Below are positions 26,144 to 38,027 of a stretch of DNA of 64,000 nucleotides, piece after piece. The stretch spans positions 24,056,001 through 24,120,000 of the forward strand of contig NC_043012.1 in assembly GCF_006345805.1 (NCBI RefSeq). Reading direction: 5' to 3'. The DNA is from Octopus sinensis. Taxonomy: Eukaryota. The notes beneath the pieces are model-generated. The model made no database searches. It saw only the letters and a list, made by a program, of their open reading frames with translations, and had not been told where the DNA came from. The position numbers and the translations under genes are program-made. The number at the start of each line of letters is the position of its first letter. Position 1 is the first letter of the stretch.

Positions 26144-26495
26144 AGTAGTCCTCAGGGGGTGGGGTGTTATATGTCTTAGATTTGGAAAACCAGAGGGCAG
26201 TGCCAAACCCCAATATCTGCATGGTCTCTATAGTATCTGGATGTCAGTACCTTATAACAACATAGAAAATGTACACAAGCAAAATTGCTGGCCTTGTGTC
26301 AAAATCTGAAACTAATAGTAGTCCTCAGGGGGTGGGGTATTATATGTCTTAGATTTGGAAAACCAGAGGGCAGTGCCAAACCCCAATATACGTTTTGGCA
26401 TGGTTTCTATAGTATCTGGATGTCAGTACCTTATATCAACATAGAAAATGAACACAAGCAAAATTGCTGGCCTTGTGTCAAAATCAGAAACTAAT
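26144..26495. repeat. Local tandem duplication, ~173-bp unit x2
   Basis: agtagtcctcagggggtgggg...aaactaat starts at 26144 and again at 26317. Confidence 0.9.
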
Positions 26496-26964
26496 AATAA
26501 TAATATGAATATAATAGATTCATGATAAAATATATCCATACATTTAGATCTTTTCCCATGTGCCACAGTATGTGAAACTACAGTATTAAAATGGTTCCAT
26601 AGATTCCAATCTTTGTTTTTTGACTCTTTCTACCCAAAGCAGTTTTAACCGAATATTTATAGCTTTATTTACTTTGAGCTAAGCCATTCCAAAGAAAAAT
26701 AATAATTTCATATTCACTAGAAGTTTATAATCATATATATATATATATCATCATTTAACGTCCGTTTTCCATGCTAGCATGGGTTATATATATATATATA
26801 TATATTTACACTCGCGGAGTGGTTGGCGTTAGGAAGGGCATCCAGCTGTAGAAACTCTGCCAGATCAGACTGGAGCCTGGTGCAGCCACTGGCTTCCCAG
26901 ACCCCGGTCGAACCGTCCAACCCATGCTAGCATGGAAAACGGACGTTAAACGATGATGATGATG

Positions 26965-27028
<64 letters not shown>

Positions 27029-27105
27029 CACACACCAGAGTAAACACATAAATGTGAAACAAGGTGGATAAAAGAGTACTCAAATACCAGAGGTAGAGTA
27101 ATATG

Positions 27106-27210
27106 CTTTATTAAAAGCAGCAGAAATTTAACAAAAGCTGTTACTCGGAGTAACGGGAACATGAAACTGAGTAACAGCTTTTGTTAAATTTCTGCTGCTT
27201 TTAAATAAAG
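27106..27210. repeat. Inverted repeat: 35-bp perfect arms (extendable to ~41) with a 22-bp loop
   Basis: 27112-27146 is the exact reverse complement of 27169-27203. Confidence 0.9.
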
Positions 27211-27251
<41 letters not shown>

Positions 27252-27668
27252 TTGAAAAAGATATCAGGTGCAGAAATAACTAGTTTTGTTTAATGTAACA
27301 TCTTCAATTAATGTATCTGCAGAAAGTATCCAGCTGAGAGTTAAAGAGACCAAGATTCATGAAGGCAAAAATGGTAGAGAATTAAAGGAGAACAACTAGA
27401 CACCTTCACCATCCATACATACACACAGACATGCAAACCTGTTTAATTCTTCCAACGGTGCAATCATGACTGGTTTTCTCATTCCACCTGACACATTTGT
27501 GTCAAAGTGCTTTTTTTTGAAAATCAGGTCATCTTCACCACCAGTGTGATTACCTTCCTGAGATGCCAAACTGATTGTGGGAACAGCTCAAATGAACAGG
27601 AATCTCCTCACCTAATAAATTGTCAACGATAACAAGAAGCTATATGACATCACCTAACCCTGCACAAA

Positions 27669-27705
<37 letters not shown>

Positions 27706-28004
27706 CAGTCACCGTTAGTTAAATGTTAAAGCAAAGATGAATTTGTAACCCAGCTGACATAAATGTCTCTTCTCAGTTAGATGCAATGCAGAATCATGAC
27801 AACTATGTGCAAATATAGCTACCAGTAAAAAGACAACCTTCATTAAATTATTAGCACATGTATGGTGAAGATATATTATAGGCTTCCTTTAGTTCATGTA
27901 GCCTTTGGTGGCTAACAAGACCAGCTTTAGAAAATCAACAATACACAAGTTAAAAATTTGAAAACATTATTGAACCCTGTTTCATTTCAATTTAGCAGGT
28001 TTAA

Positions 28005-28189
28005 CATTTTAGCATTCAGATTATCCTGTCAAATGTAATTATTTCAATTAATCAATCACTATCTTGAAAATTTCATCAATGATGTGGATGTATATGTTTA
28101 GAATAACATGTAAGGCAGGTATAAGATGCCAGTCTGAACATATGACAGGTAGAATATTTTGGCCATATAGCCATTTAAGTGCTAAATAG
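28005..28189. mobile_element. piggyBac-type MITE, family P2 (diverged)
   Basis: TTAA|CATTTTAGCATTCAGATTA...GTGCTAAATAG|TTAA. Body matches the copies at 28454 and 51523. Confidence 0.7.
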
Positions 28190-28332
28190 TTAATGTGATT
28201 CTATACAAAACATATATGGATACATGCATACTAACATGTGCATATATACACAAACACATATATAAATGTGCAGATCCACATACATAGAAGCACACAACAC
28301 AGATACATACACGTGCAATACTTTTTACATAC

Positions 28333-28368
<36 letters not shown>

Positions 28369-28372
<4 letters not shown>

Positions 28373-28827
28373 TGGTGCATAATTATTGAGGCTTTTTTCC
28401 AACAAATTTTATTCAACAAAAACAATAACAATATTTAACAAAAACATCTTTAACCCTTTAGTGTTCAGATTACTCTGTCAAATATAATGCTTTTCATTCA
28501 CATTGTTTTCAATTAATCCTGCATTATCTTGTAGCTCTGAGAATTTTATGATGTGATGGTTTATTTTGAGGATGGCATTGTAGGCTATGAGTGAGAGGCC
28601 AGATCTAGATGGTTTGAACATAAAAGAAGAAAATTTGGGCCGGATATGGGCCGGTTTAAATGCTAAAGGGTTAAATGACGATCTGACCATCTGCCAAGCA
28701 AATGGGAAGCAGTAATTGAAGTAGATGGTGAATATGCTCCGGAATAATCATTTAAAGATATGTTTGTCATTGTTTTTGTCGAATAAAATTTGTTGAAAAA
28801 AAGCTGCAATAATTATGTACCAGGCCA
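28369..28827 (+). mobile_element. mariner-derived MITE interrupted by a piggyBac MITE
   Basis: TA|GGGTTGGTGCATAATTATTG...GCAATAATTATGTACCAGGCC TIRs. The residual transposase C-terminus reads DHLPSKWEAVIEVDGEYAPE*. Confidence 0.75.
28454..28670. mobile_element. piggyBac-type MITE, family P2, nested in the mariner MITE
   Basis: TTAA|CCCTTTAGTG...TGCTAAAGGG|TTAA. Confidence 0.85.
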
Positions 28828-28844
28828 ATATATAATACATACAT

Positions 28845-28894
<50 letters not shown>

Positions 28895-28895
<1 letters not shown>

Positions 28896-29035
28896 GCATT
28901 AGGAAGGGCATCCAGCTGTAGAAACACTGCCAGATAAGACTGGAGCCTGGTGCAGCCTTCTGGCTTCCCAGATCCCCGGTCGAACCGTCCAACCCATGCT
29001 AGCATGGAGAACGGACGTTAAACGATGATGATGAT
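28895..29035 (+). mobile_element. Retroposon family B 3' end (another copy at 26812-26966)
   Basis: ttggcattaggaagggcatccagctgtag...ggacgttaaacgatgatgatg. Confidence 0.85.
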
Positions 29036-29096
29036 ATACATACATATATATATATGTGTGTGTATACCTACCTATATATACATATATACATATAGA

Positions 29097-29130
<34 letters not shown>

Positions 29131-29904
29131 TACCTATATACATGTATTTGTGTGTATACATACATACATTCATACATGCACGTATACATAGATCTACATG
29201 CATAACCACACACACGAACACCTATACATACACACTCGTACTCTACTCAGCTATGTCAAGACTTGACGATAGCATCTTTTAAACTTCTTTCTTCTAGGTT
29301 CCTTCAGCTTCAGCTTTCAACACACACACACACACACACTTTCATTCATCTACCGCCCTATGATCCACCTGCCTTCACTACCACCATTACCCACCATCTC
29401 AATACTACCTCTCTCTTCCTACACCTTTTTACTCCCCACAACTCCACCCCCTGCAACCACCTTCTTCTCCTCTCCTTGGCATCCTAACAGTGCTTACCTC
29501 ATTCTACACCTGTATCGCTACAAAATGGAGCAACATTACATGTTTGTGTAGTTTGAAGCTTTTTGTTGTTGTTGTAGTTTGTTTTCCTTTTGATATATAT
29601 GTATTTTTTACTTGTATTAACAAGTATTTTTACTTTCTATATTTTTCGGGCTTTTTTTTTCTTAGAGTGGAAGTGTAGAATGTGGGGGTTGGGTGGGGGC
29701 ATGTATATTTGTTTAAGGATTTTATTTCATATTTTTGCTGCATTTTTTTTATATTTTTATTATGTTCTGTTTTCTTTTTGCTGATGTTGAAAATGATGAT
29801 AGTTTTTTTTTTGTTTTTTACATTTGTGCTTTTTTAAAAATTTTTTTTTTTTTTTACCATTTTGGGAATGCTTGTATAATAATATACCAAGAGGATCTGT
29901 GCAG

Positions 29905-30029
29905 GAAATATCACCGCAGCGCATTGCTGCCACGCTTCCCAAGAATACTGTTGACAAGAAAACCGAAATGCAGATCCCATTTTTAGCAGCTAATTACCTG
30001 CCACACACCCTATACACACATACAGGCCT
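29905..30029 (+). CDS. Candidate exon, EISPQRIAATLPKNTVDKKTEMQIPFLAANYLPHTLYTHTG; 5' boundary uncertain
   Basis: GC-richer island in AT-rich DNA with an open frame. The phase-2 CCT|GTATAT donor is compatible with the next exon. A minus-strand reading is also possible. Confidence 0.3.
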
Positions 30030-30120
30030 GTATATAATGTGCATACACACACACACACACACAAACACACCTTCATGCATACATTATGCACATACCTGCA
30101 CACCTGCTTGCACTCAACAG

Positions 30121-30233
30121 TTCCGGCACCTTTTCGTTTCCATCATCAAAAATGGTGCATCATCATTTGGGACAGAAGCAACTACACAATATTCACTGCA
30201 GTGATGGTAGTAATAGTAGTAGTAGCAGTAGTA
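30121..30233 (+). CDS. Candidate exon, SGTFSFPSSKMVHHHLGQKQLHNIHCSDGSNSSSSSSS
   Basis: cctgcttgcactcaacag| acceptor and a strong GTA|GTAAGG donor; phase 2 in, phase 1 out. Confidence 0.4.
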
Positions 30234-30529
30234 GTAAGGAAATAGGCTTTACTATTTAGTTTCATACTTAATACAACGAAATAAGATATACTGTAAAATA
30301 ACTTGGCATAGTCATCCTTTAAACCAAAGGTTTCCAATGAGGGCCATATGCACCCCCCTCCCAACCACTCCACTATGCAGGACCATTTGGAGCTCGTGGG
30401 GGGAATTTTGGAGCAAATGGGGACTGGTGGAGGAGACACTGGGTGTGGGGAGGGGGACGTTAAAGTTTAAACCATAATGCAAAACTAAATAATTGCAATA
30501 ATCCTTTTTACCATAGGCACAAAACCTTC

Positions 30530-30562
<33 letters not shown>

Positions 30563-31140
30563 GTTTCAAATTTTGCCACAAGGGCAGCAATTTTGGAGGA
30601 GGGGATGAGTCGATTACATTGAGCCCAGTACACAACTGGTACTTATTTCATCAACCCTAAAAAATGAAAGGTCAACCTTGGCAGAATTTGAACCTAGAAC
30701 ATGAAGACAGATGAAATATCACTAAGCATTTCATCTGGCACGCTAACGATTCTGCCAACTCGCCTTCTTATAATAATAATAATGATAATAATAATAATAA
30801 CAGGTCCTATTATAGGCACAAGGTCTGAAATTTGGGAGGGAGGGTGACAGTCAGTTGCATCAACCCCAGTACATGACTGATACTTATTGACCCCAGAAGG
30901 ATGTAAAACAAAGTCAACCTCAACACAATATGAACTCAGAACAAAAAGACAGACAGAATGCCACAACACATTTTGCCTGTTGTGCTTACAACACTACCAG
31001 CTCACCACTTTAATGATGATGATGATAATAATAATAATAATAATAATAATGGTTTCAAAGTTTGGCACAAGGCCAGTAATTTCAGGGTAGGCGCTAAGTC
31101 GGTTTCATCAACCCCAGTGTACAACTGATACCTATTTTAT
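30530..31140 (-). mobile_element. Cluster of decayed family-C-like SINEs with (AAT)n tails
   Basis: Repeated (aat)n-ggtttcaaa...ggggatgagtcgattacattgagcccagt...gaatttgaac...ctgccaactcgcc blocks. Confidence 0.7.
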
Positions 31141-32177
31141 AGAAACCTGTTGTATGTGTGTGCCCCCCCACCTCACTGGTTGACAACCAATGTTGGTGTA
31201 TTTACATCACCATAACTTAGTGGTTCAGCAAAAGAAACTGGTAGAGTAAGCACCAGGCTAAGGAAAAAGTAAGTAATGGGTTCTAGAACTCATTTGCAGC
31301 CAAGTAAACTGAAGCAACAGGAAATGAAGTGTCTTGCTCAAGAACGCAATGCATTATCCAGTCCAGGAATTGAAACTGCGCCCTTATGAGACTAACACAG
31401 GTGATTTAGACAGGCCTGTCATGAGGCCAAAAGCTCCAACCAGCCAGAGTTCAACGCAGTCTCCACGAGGTTCAAGTGAATGAGATTGCAACACTCTCAA
31501 GGACTGGATGCCAGCCCATGGCAGGGTTAACTTCCAACCTATTGTTGAAACTCACCTACAGCTGAGTGGGCTGAGGCAACATGAAATAAATTGCTGATGC
31601 ACTGCCCTTCCTGGAAACTGAAACTGTGATCTTGCAATTATGAGTACAACACCCTAAATTTGAGGCCTTCAGACAACATAGGAGGAATATCAAAAATGAT
31701 ACTGTGAGGTACTGACTGTTACAAAAAGCATCCTGTCGGATCATTGCAACCTTTTTAATCTTGTGTGATTTCACTTTGCTACAATATTTTGGGTCATGTG
31801 TTTTCTACTATAGCCCTGGGTCAACCAATGCCTTGTGAGTGGATCTAGCTGGTGGAAACTGAAAGAAGCCCATCATATGTGTCTGTGTAGATTAATAGAA
31901 TAAATAACTGGCATAAAACCAATAAGTACTGAGGTTGACTGGTTCAACTAAACTCCTTCAAGGTAGTGCCCCAGCATGGCCACAGTGCAATGAACGAAAC
32001 AAATGAAAGATGAAAGCCCCTTAAACGAAGTGTATACACTTGTGTCTCTCTCTTCCTCCTCCTCCTCCTTCTTCTTTACACTGTATAATAATCTTTATTT
32101 CTCCATCTCTTCCTCCTCTTCACACCAACCCGTGTAACCTCTTGACACAACTAAACAGCAAAGTCTAGTCATTGCAG

Positions 32178-32356
32178 GTTCTAAGTTCACTAAGAACGGT
32201 GACGCCAGTGTCAGATATGGGCATGATCTAGCTTGTCGATTGATTACGGTCGTGGAGAAGCGACATGCCTCAAACTCCACCTCCACTCCCCAGCATCCTT
32301 CTAAATCATCCCACCCCCAGCCAAAAAGAATCAATGGCAACAAACTAAATAAATAA
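32178..32356 (+). CDS. Candidate terminal exon, (S)SKFTKNGDASVRYGHDLACRLITVVEKRHASNSTSTPQHPSKSSHPQPKRINGNKLNK*; alternative acceptor at 32159
   Basis: 65-codon open frame (32159-32356) downstream of a long pyrimidine tract. The ttgcag|G acceptor gives a phase matching 30121-30233. No family recognised. Confidence 0.45.
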
Positions 32357-32708
32357 ATGGTTAAGTAAAATAAGTGAAAATTATGTGTTACAATGGAAGA
32401 TGAGTTAGGGTTGAAAATGGCGCAGTGGCAGAGGTGGTGTGTGTGGGGGGGGGGGGAAGTATCGTGGGGCTTACTAGGTTAAAGGCAGTTTTAGGTGATC
32501 ACATATTGGTTTGTCAAGTGGAGGTCACAACCAGGTGACCAGAAAATTGATTTTACATTCTTCAAAATTACTGAGAACCAACGAAACATTACAAAGACGA
32601 GTTGGGCTGGGGTGGGGGAGAGATAAATGTGAAGTGAGACATCATCATTGTCGAATAATTTTAACAAGATGATGATGATGATGATATATACACACACACA
32701 CACACACA

Positions 32709-33110
32709 CCATCATAATAATATGTTTAGAAAATTGCTATTTGTGGATCTCAACACAAGAGATATTCAGCAACAGTACTTTGGAGTAAAGATTATTTGCC
32801 AACATAACATGGCAGTCCTGGTTTAGGACGAATGTTGCTGTAATTTAGCCCCAGGAGACATAATCTCCAGCTGGCTATATGACACAATCTGTGTCCTTAT
32901 AATTTCTAACAAGGGAATATAAGAACACAGATTGTGTCATATAGCCAGCTGGAGATTATGTCTCCCGGGGCTAAATTACAGCAACATTCGTCCTAAACCA
33001 GGACTGTCATGTTATGTTGGCAAATAATCTTTACTCCAAAGTACTGTTGCTGAATATCTCTTGTGTTGAGATCCACAAATAGTAATTTTCTAAACATATT
33101 ATTATGATGG
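32709..33110. mobile_element. ~400-bp fold-back element: 193-bp inverted arms with a 16-bp loop
   Basis: 32709-32901 against 32918-33110 shows four mismatches by my reading. The symmetry continues into flanking (CA)n and (TG)n. Confidence 0.92.
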
Positions 33111-33346
33111 TGTGTGTGTGTGTCTGTGTGTGTGTGTGTCTTTCTCTTGACATTGCACGACTTATAAATCAATGTTACTCATTTCCACTATTCCAGACCG
33201 TGAGGAAATATTAGCTCACTTGGAAACAGGTAGGACATCCAGATGTAGAAAATCTGTCTCAATAAACTTCCTCTGACCCAGGAAAGCATGGAAAAGTACA
33301 TAGGAACGAAATATCTATTCTAGTGTGTTTATCTTAGTTTTCCGCT

Positions 33347-33404
<58 letters not shown>

Positions 33405-33456
33405 ACAAACAAACAATTGTATTAGTATGGCGCTCAGGAATATAAATAAAACAAGT

Positions 33457-33492
33457 CTTTTACGTTTCGAGCCTACGCTCTTCAACAGAAAG
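33457..33492 (-). ncRNA. Minimal hammerhead-ribozyme-like motif (core CUGUUGA) in a Penelope-like terminal fragment
   Basis: Reverse complement: cttt-CTGTTGA-A-GAGC-gtag-GCTC-GAAA-CGTA-aaag. Confidence 0.6.
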
Positions 33493-33569
33493 ATACACAG
33501 AAAAGAAACACGGAGAGAAACAAGGAGAGAAAAAAAATGCATGCAGAAGCTAGCGATTCAACATGGCGA

Positions 33570-33605
<36 letters not shown>

Positions 33606-33639
33606 CATACATAATTTATCTTTTATTTGTTTCACTCAC

Positions 33640-33975
33640 ATCACCGTAGCCATGCTGGGGCACATCCTTGGAAGGTTCCTTAGTCAAACAAATCAACCCC
33701 AGAACTTATTGTTTGTAAGCCTAGTACTTATTCTATCAGTTTTCTTTACGGAGATGTAAACACACCAACACCAGTTTTAAGCGGTTGTAGGGGACAAAGA
33801 CGTGAACACACACACACACTATGGGCTTTCAGTTTCAGTCTACCAAATCCACTCACAAGGCTTTGGTCGGTCTCAAGCTAAAGTAGAAGACACTTGCCCA
33901 AGGTGTCACGCAGTGGGACTGATCCTGGAACCATGTAGTTGGGAAGCAAGCTCCTTACCACACAGCCACGCACAT
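33640..33975 (-). mobile_element. Diverged SINE family A
   Basis: Reverse-complement body, ttgtttcactc...ccatgctgggg...cttaccacacagccac. Confidence 0.8.
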
Positions 33976-34089
33976 GCCTATATATATATATATATATACA
34001 TATATATATTGGTGAAAACGGTAAGATAACAAGAAAGAAAGAGACCTCAATATTATGCAAATAGAGGAAATTTATCTATAAAATATCCT

Positions 34090-34151
34090 CTGTGAAACTA
34101 AGTTGCATGGGGCCAAATCAAATTGTTTTTAAATAATAATAATAATCATTC

Positions 34152-34185
<34 letters not shown>

Positions 34186-34225
34186 CATGGGGCCAAATCA
34201 AATTGTTTTTAAATATAATAATAAT

Positions 34226-34264
<39 letters not shown>

Positions 34265-34324
34265 GATTATTATTATTATTTAAAAACAATTTGATTTGGC
34301 CCCATGCAACTTAAAGTTTCACAG
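34090..34324. repeat. Palindrome centred on (TA)n, ~60-bp arms, with an extra direct copy of the left arm
   Basis: 34090-34150 is inverted at 34262-34324. A partial left arm (catggggcc...aatcattc) is repeated at about 34186-34230. Confidence 0.88.
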
Positions 34325-34686
34325 GTGTGTGTCACAGGAATGTAGCTTGTCCAACTCAGTTGGCCAAATATATGGCCAACAAGCTAGGTTCCTGTGATGA
34401 CCCTTAAAATATTTAACACTACATAGAGTGTCTCTTCTTTCATTTGTCCACAATACACACACACACACAAAGTGAAAGTGGGAGATCTGCAGGAATAATT
34501 CTATACTTGAATAAACGTGTTACTCATTCAGAAGACAAAAAAAAAAGAAGAAAAAAAAAAAAGAAGAAAAACGCCGACAGGTGCAAAGGTTAAACCCATT
34601 CCATTTTGGCATCAGTTTCTGCTTGTAAGAGTTAGACTGAAATCAAATTAACAGAAGACATTAACCAAAGTATAGAAGAGCCAGAT

Positions 34687-34722
<36 letters not shown>

Positions 34723-35524
34723 ATGGTGGTGGTGGTAGCAGCAGTGGCAGCAGCAGCAGCAATATATTTCTTTTTAAGTACACTGTTGCACTGCTTTCAT
34801 TGCTAACTACTGGTAGGATTTTTCTGATGAAATTTAAACTAAAGTACTCTTTATTTCCAAGTAAAAATTTATATTAATTTTTTTGTTTACATATTTATTT
34901 CATTTATTTTTCATGATGCAATTTTTTTGTTTTCTTTCCTCTTAAGTTTATTTATTTATTTATTTATTCATATTTTTTGGTTGTTGTTGTTGTTGTTATA
35001 TCTTGTAATGAAAATGTCATTCAGTTTTTAAAGACAATACTAATTTTCTTTAAAGTCATTTGAAATATTTAATGTTTTGCAAAAGCGGAAGAGTAGGCAA
35101 GCGGCAAGCGTGTGTGGAGTGTGTTTGTCGTACTAAGACTAATAATAATAACAATGATAATAATAATAATAATAATGAGGATAAGCTAAACAATAAAAAA
35201 ATGATTACTATCTTTAAGTTTGGCATTTGAGAATATTTCTCTTGACAAAAAGCGAAATAGAAAAAAAAAAATAAACAAAAATTTAAAAATTAAAATTAGA
35301 AGAAAATTATTTTCAACAAAAGTGAAATTATTAAATTGAAGAATTATAATTATGAAGAGAGAGAAGAGAGAGAGAGAGTTATTGTTCTTCGAGAATTATT
35401 TTACCATTATTTTCCCTATAAATGCGAATCACCCAAACAAGCGGTAAGACTGAAAAACTACAGAGAGATCCCATTGTATAAGAAGTCGAGAAATATAAAT
35501 GATATTATTAATCCTAATGATAAT

Positions 35525-35823
35525 ATGACAAAAGAAAACAATAATAATAATAATAACAATAACAACAACAATAATAATAATAATAATAATAGTAATAATA
35601 ATAACAATCATAATAATAATCAGGTAACTAATAATAACAACAATAATAATAGCATCAATAACAATAATGAAGTTTGGATGTTCGGGTACAAAGAACGAAG
35701 GAATGCCGGCGAACAACTATGCAACGCTAAACCAACCGATCCAGGGGATAGCGTAGAGAAAATTATATCAAACTGCATTTTAAAAATATGGAGTAGGGTG
35801 GAGGGAGGGATGGAGGAGCATAG
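35525..35823 (+). CDS. Candidate first coding exon, poly-Asn rich: MTKEN(n)...EVWMFGYKERRNAGEQLCNAKPTDPGDSVEKIISNCILKIWSRVEGGMEEH
   Basis: Lies in a 163-codon open frame. The AAT/AAC run is interrupted by S, H, Q, V, T and I codons with no stop. An AG|GTAGAG donor falls just before the frame's stop codon, in phase 2, matching 38904. Locally CpG-rich. Confidence 0.35.
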
Positions 35824-36279
35824 GTAGAGAGATTGAAAAAAAAAAAATAGTAAGAAATTAAAACAAAGTTTATAAGTTTTGTTATAAAAGTTATGTTATA
35901 TTATTTTCATTTTTTTTTCTGCTTATTTTAATTTTAGTTTTTGTTTTACTTGTTTTACATTTTTTTTAAATTTTGCACATTGAAAAAAAAAAAATATCAT
36001 TAAACACAGTCCTAATGCTTTATTCTCTCCTCCTTTCTCTCTTTCTCTTTTTTTAGTCATTGTTAAATACAAATTCTTCATTTTTCTGAAATGTCACACA
36101 GCACAGTAATGGTAAATTTGTCTTTGAACATACTTGAGAAGGAGCGTGGATCTCTTCTAATAATAATAAATAGCCATTTCTTCTATCTTACTAGAATTCT
36201 ACAGTCTTCATCTTTTATTTCTAATTATTCAGACATTAACATTTCTTTCAATCTTATAATGATAATGATAATAATAATA

Positions 36280-36317
<38 letters not shown>

Positions 36318-38027
36318 TATTTTTCTTCTTTTTGGCTTTTTACAATTAAAATAATGATCTTCTTTTGTTTAAGTACAAGTCTAAATCTCAATAGGAGACA
36401 GAGATATGTAGTCAACAAAATCAACCCCCAGTATACAACTGCTATTTACTTCATCAAACGCCACCCCCCTGCTAAAAGAATGAAAGAATATGTTGAAGTT
36501 GATCCAACAAAATTTCTTAATTCATTTATGTTTAAAAAAATGATAAAGTAAAAACATGAGAAAATGCAATTAAATATTTGGTTCATTTATGTTTAATTTA
36601 ATTTACAGTCATCATCTCTTGTAATAGTTTTTTTTTATTTATTTTGTTTGTCTTTATGCCAATGGAAGTAATCAACATCATCATTGTTGTCATCATCAAT
36701 ACCACCATCAACTTTGCTTTACATTCTTCAGAAATGGGGGAGGAGCACTGCTGAAACTAGTCAAGTATTGATGCTGATGCAATCACCAAAGATCCAATAT
36801 CAATTTTTCCAGACCCTTTTTAAACCAGGGATGGTCATAATGAATTAACCAAATATTTAAATTTACTTATATTATTAAATGAAATACAGGTATCTGTATA
36901 TTAGAATAAAAACTACAAGCTTCTTTATACTGTACTGCACAAGGCACTGTACTGTGTAATGTACCAGTAAACTAGTCTGGTGACCATTGTCATTTAATCC
37001 TTTGGATACCATTCCTCCTTGGGCTGCCTTTGCTTTTGGTGATATAAACTTACTGATTAAATTGACTGAAATTAATACATTCTCTCAACTTTATGTTAAT
37101 TTATGTTCCAAAGAACAGTTTAGAAAATGACAAAAATTTTACCAAATTCTTCATTATTTTCAAGATTAGTTGAAGCAAATTAATGGGAATATGGTAACAA
37201 AAGGATTAAAGTTCCTGTTCATAAATTAGTGTCAGTGATAAGAGATTCTGACCACCAACATTTAGAAATTTGGTGCTGTACCTGTATCACAAGAAACACA
37301 AAGCAAATACTGTGTTGAGTCCTCAGGCTCATAGAGTTGGTTACTCAGGTTCCATGACATCTGAGTGACTGAGATCCCAACATTCCCCTAGAACAGAATG
37401 CCAGGTCATCTGGCATTCTGGGGCAACATAAACTGAAGTATTTTGCTCACAAACACAATGCACCCCCTGGTCGAGGAACCACAACCACAACCTTGCAATT
37501 GTGAGTACAACGCACCAATCCCAAAGCTATGTGTCCTCATAAACCAGCAGAACATTCCAAAGTCAACAGTGCCCTTTCACCCTTCCAGGTCAATAAAATA
37601 AAGTACCGGCCAAGTATGGAGGTCAATCAAATCTACTGTTCCTTTTCCTTCAAGCAGGAGACTCCTTGTGCCTATAATAAAAATAACAGTTTCTTATATA
37701 GGAACAAGGGCCAGATATTTTGAGAGGGAGAAGGTTAATTGGTTACATTGACCCCAGTACTTGACTAGTATCAACACCAGTGGGATTTGAACAATGATAG
37801 AAATAATTCTTTCAAATTTTGGAGCAAGGTCAACAATTTTGAGGGGAGGGGTAACATTAATTGCATCAACCTCAGTAACTTCATTGTAATTTATTTTATC
37901 AACTCCAAAAGGATGAATGCAAAGACGACCTCAGTAGAATTTGAACTCACAACATAAGGAGCTGGAACAAATGCCAGTAAGAATTCTCTCCAAGTTGCTA
38001 ACAACTCTGCCAGCTCACATGCTTGAT

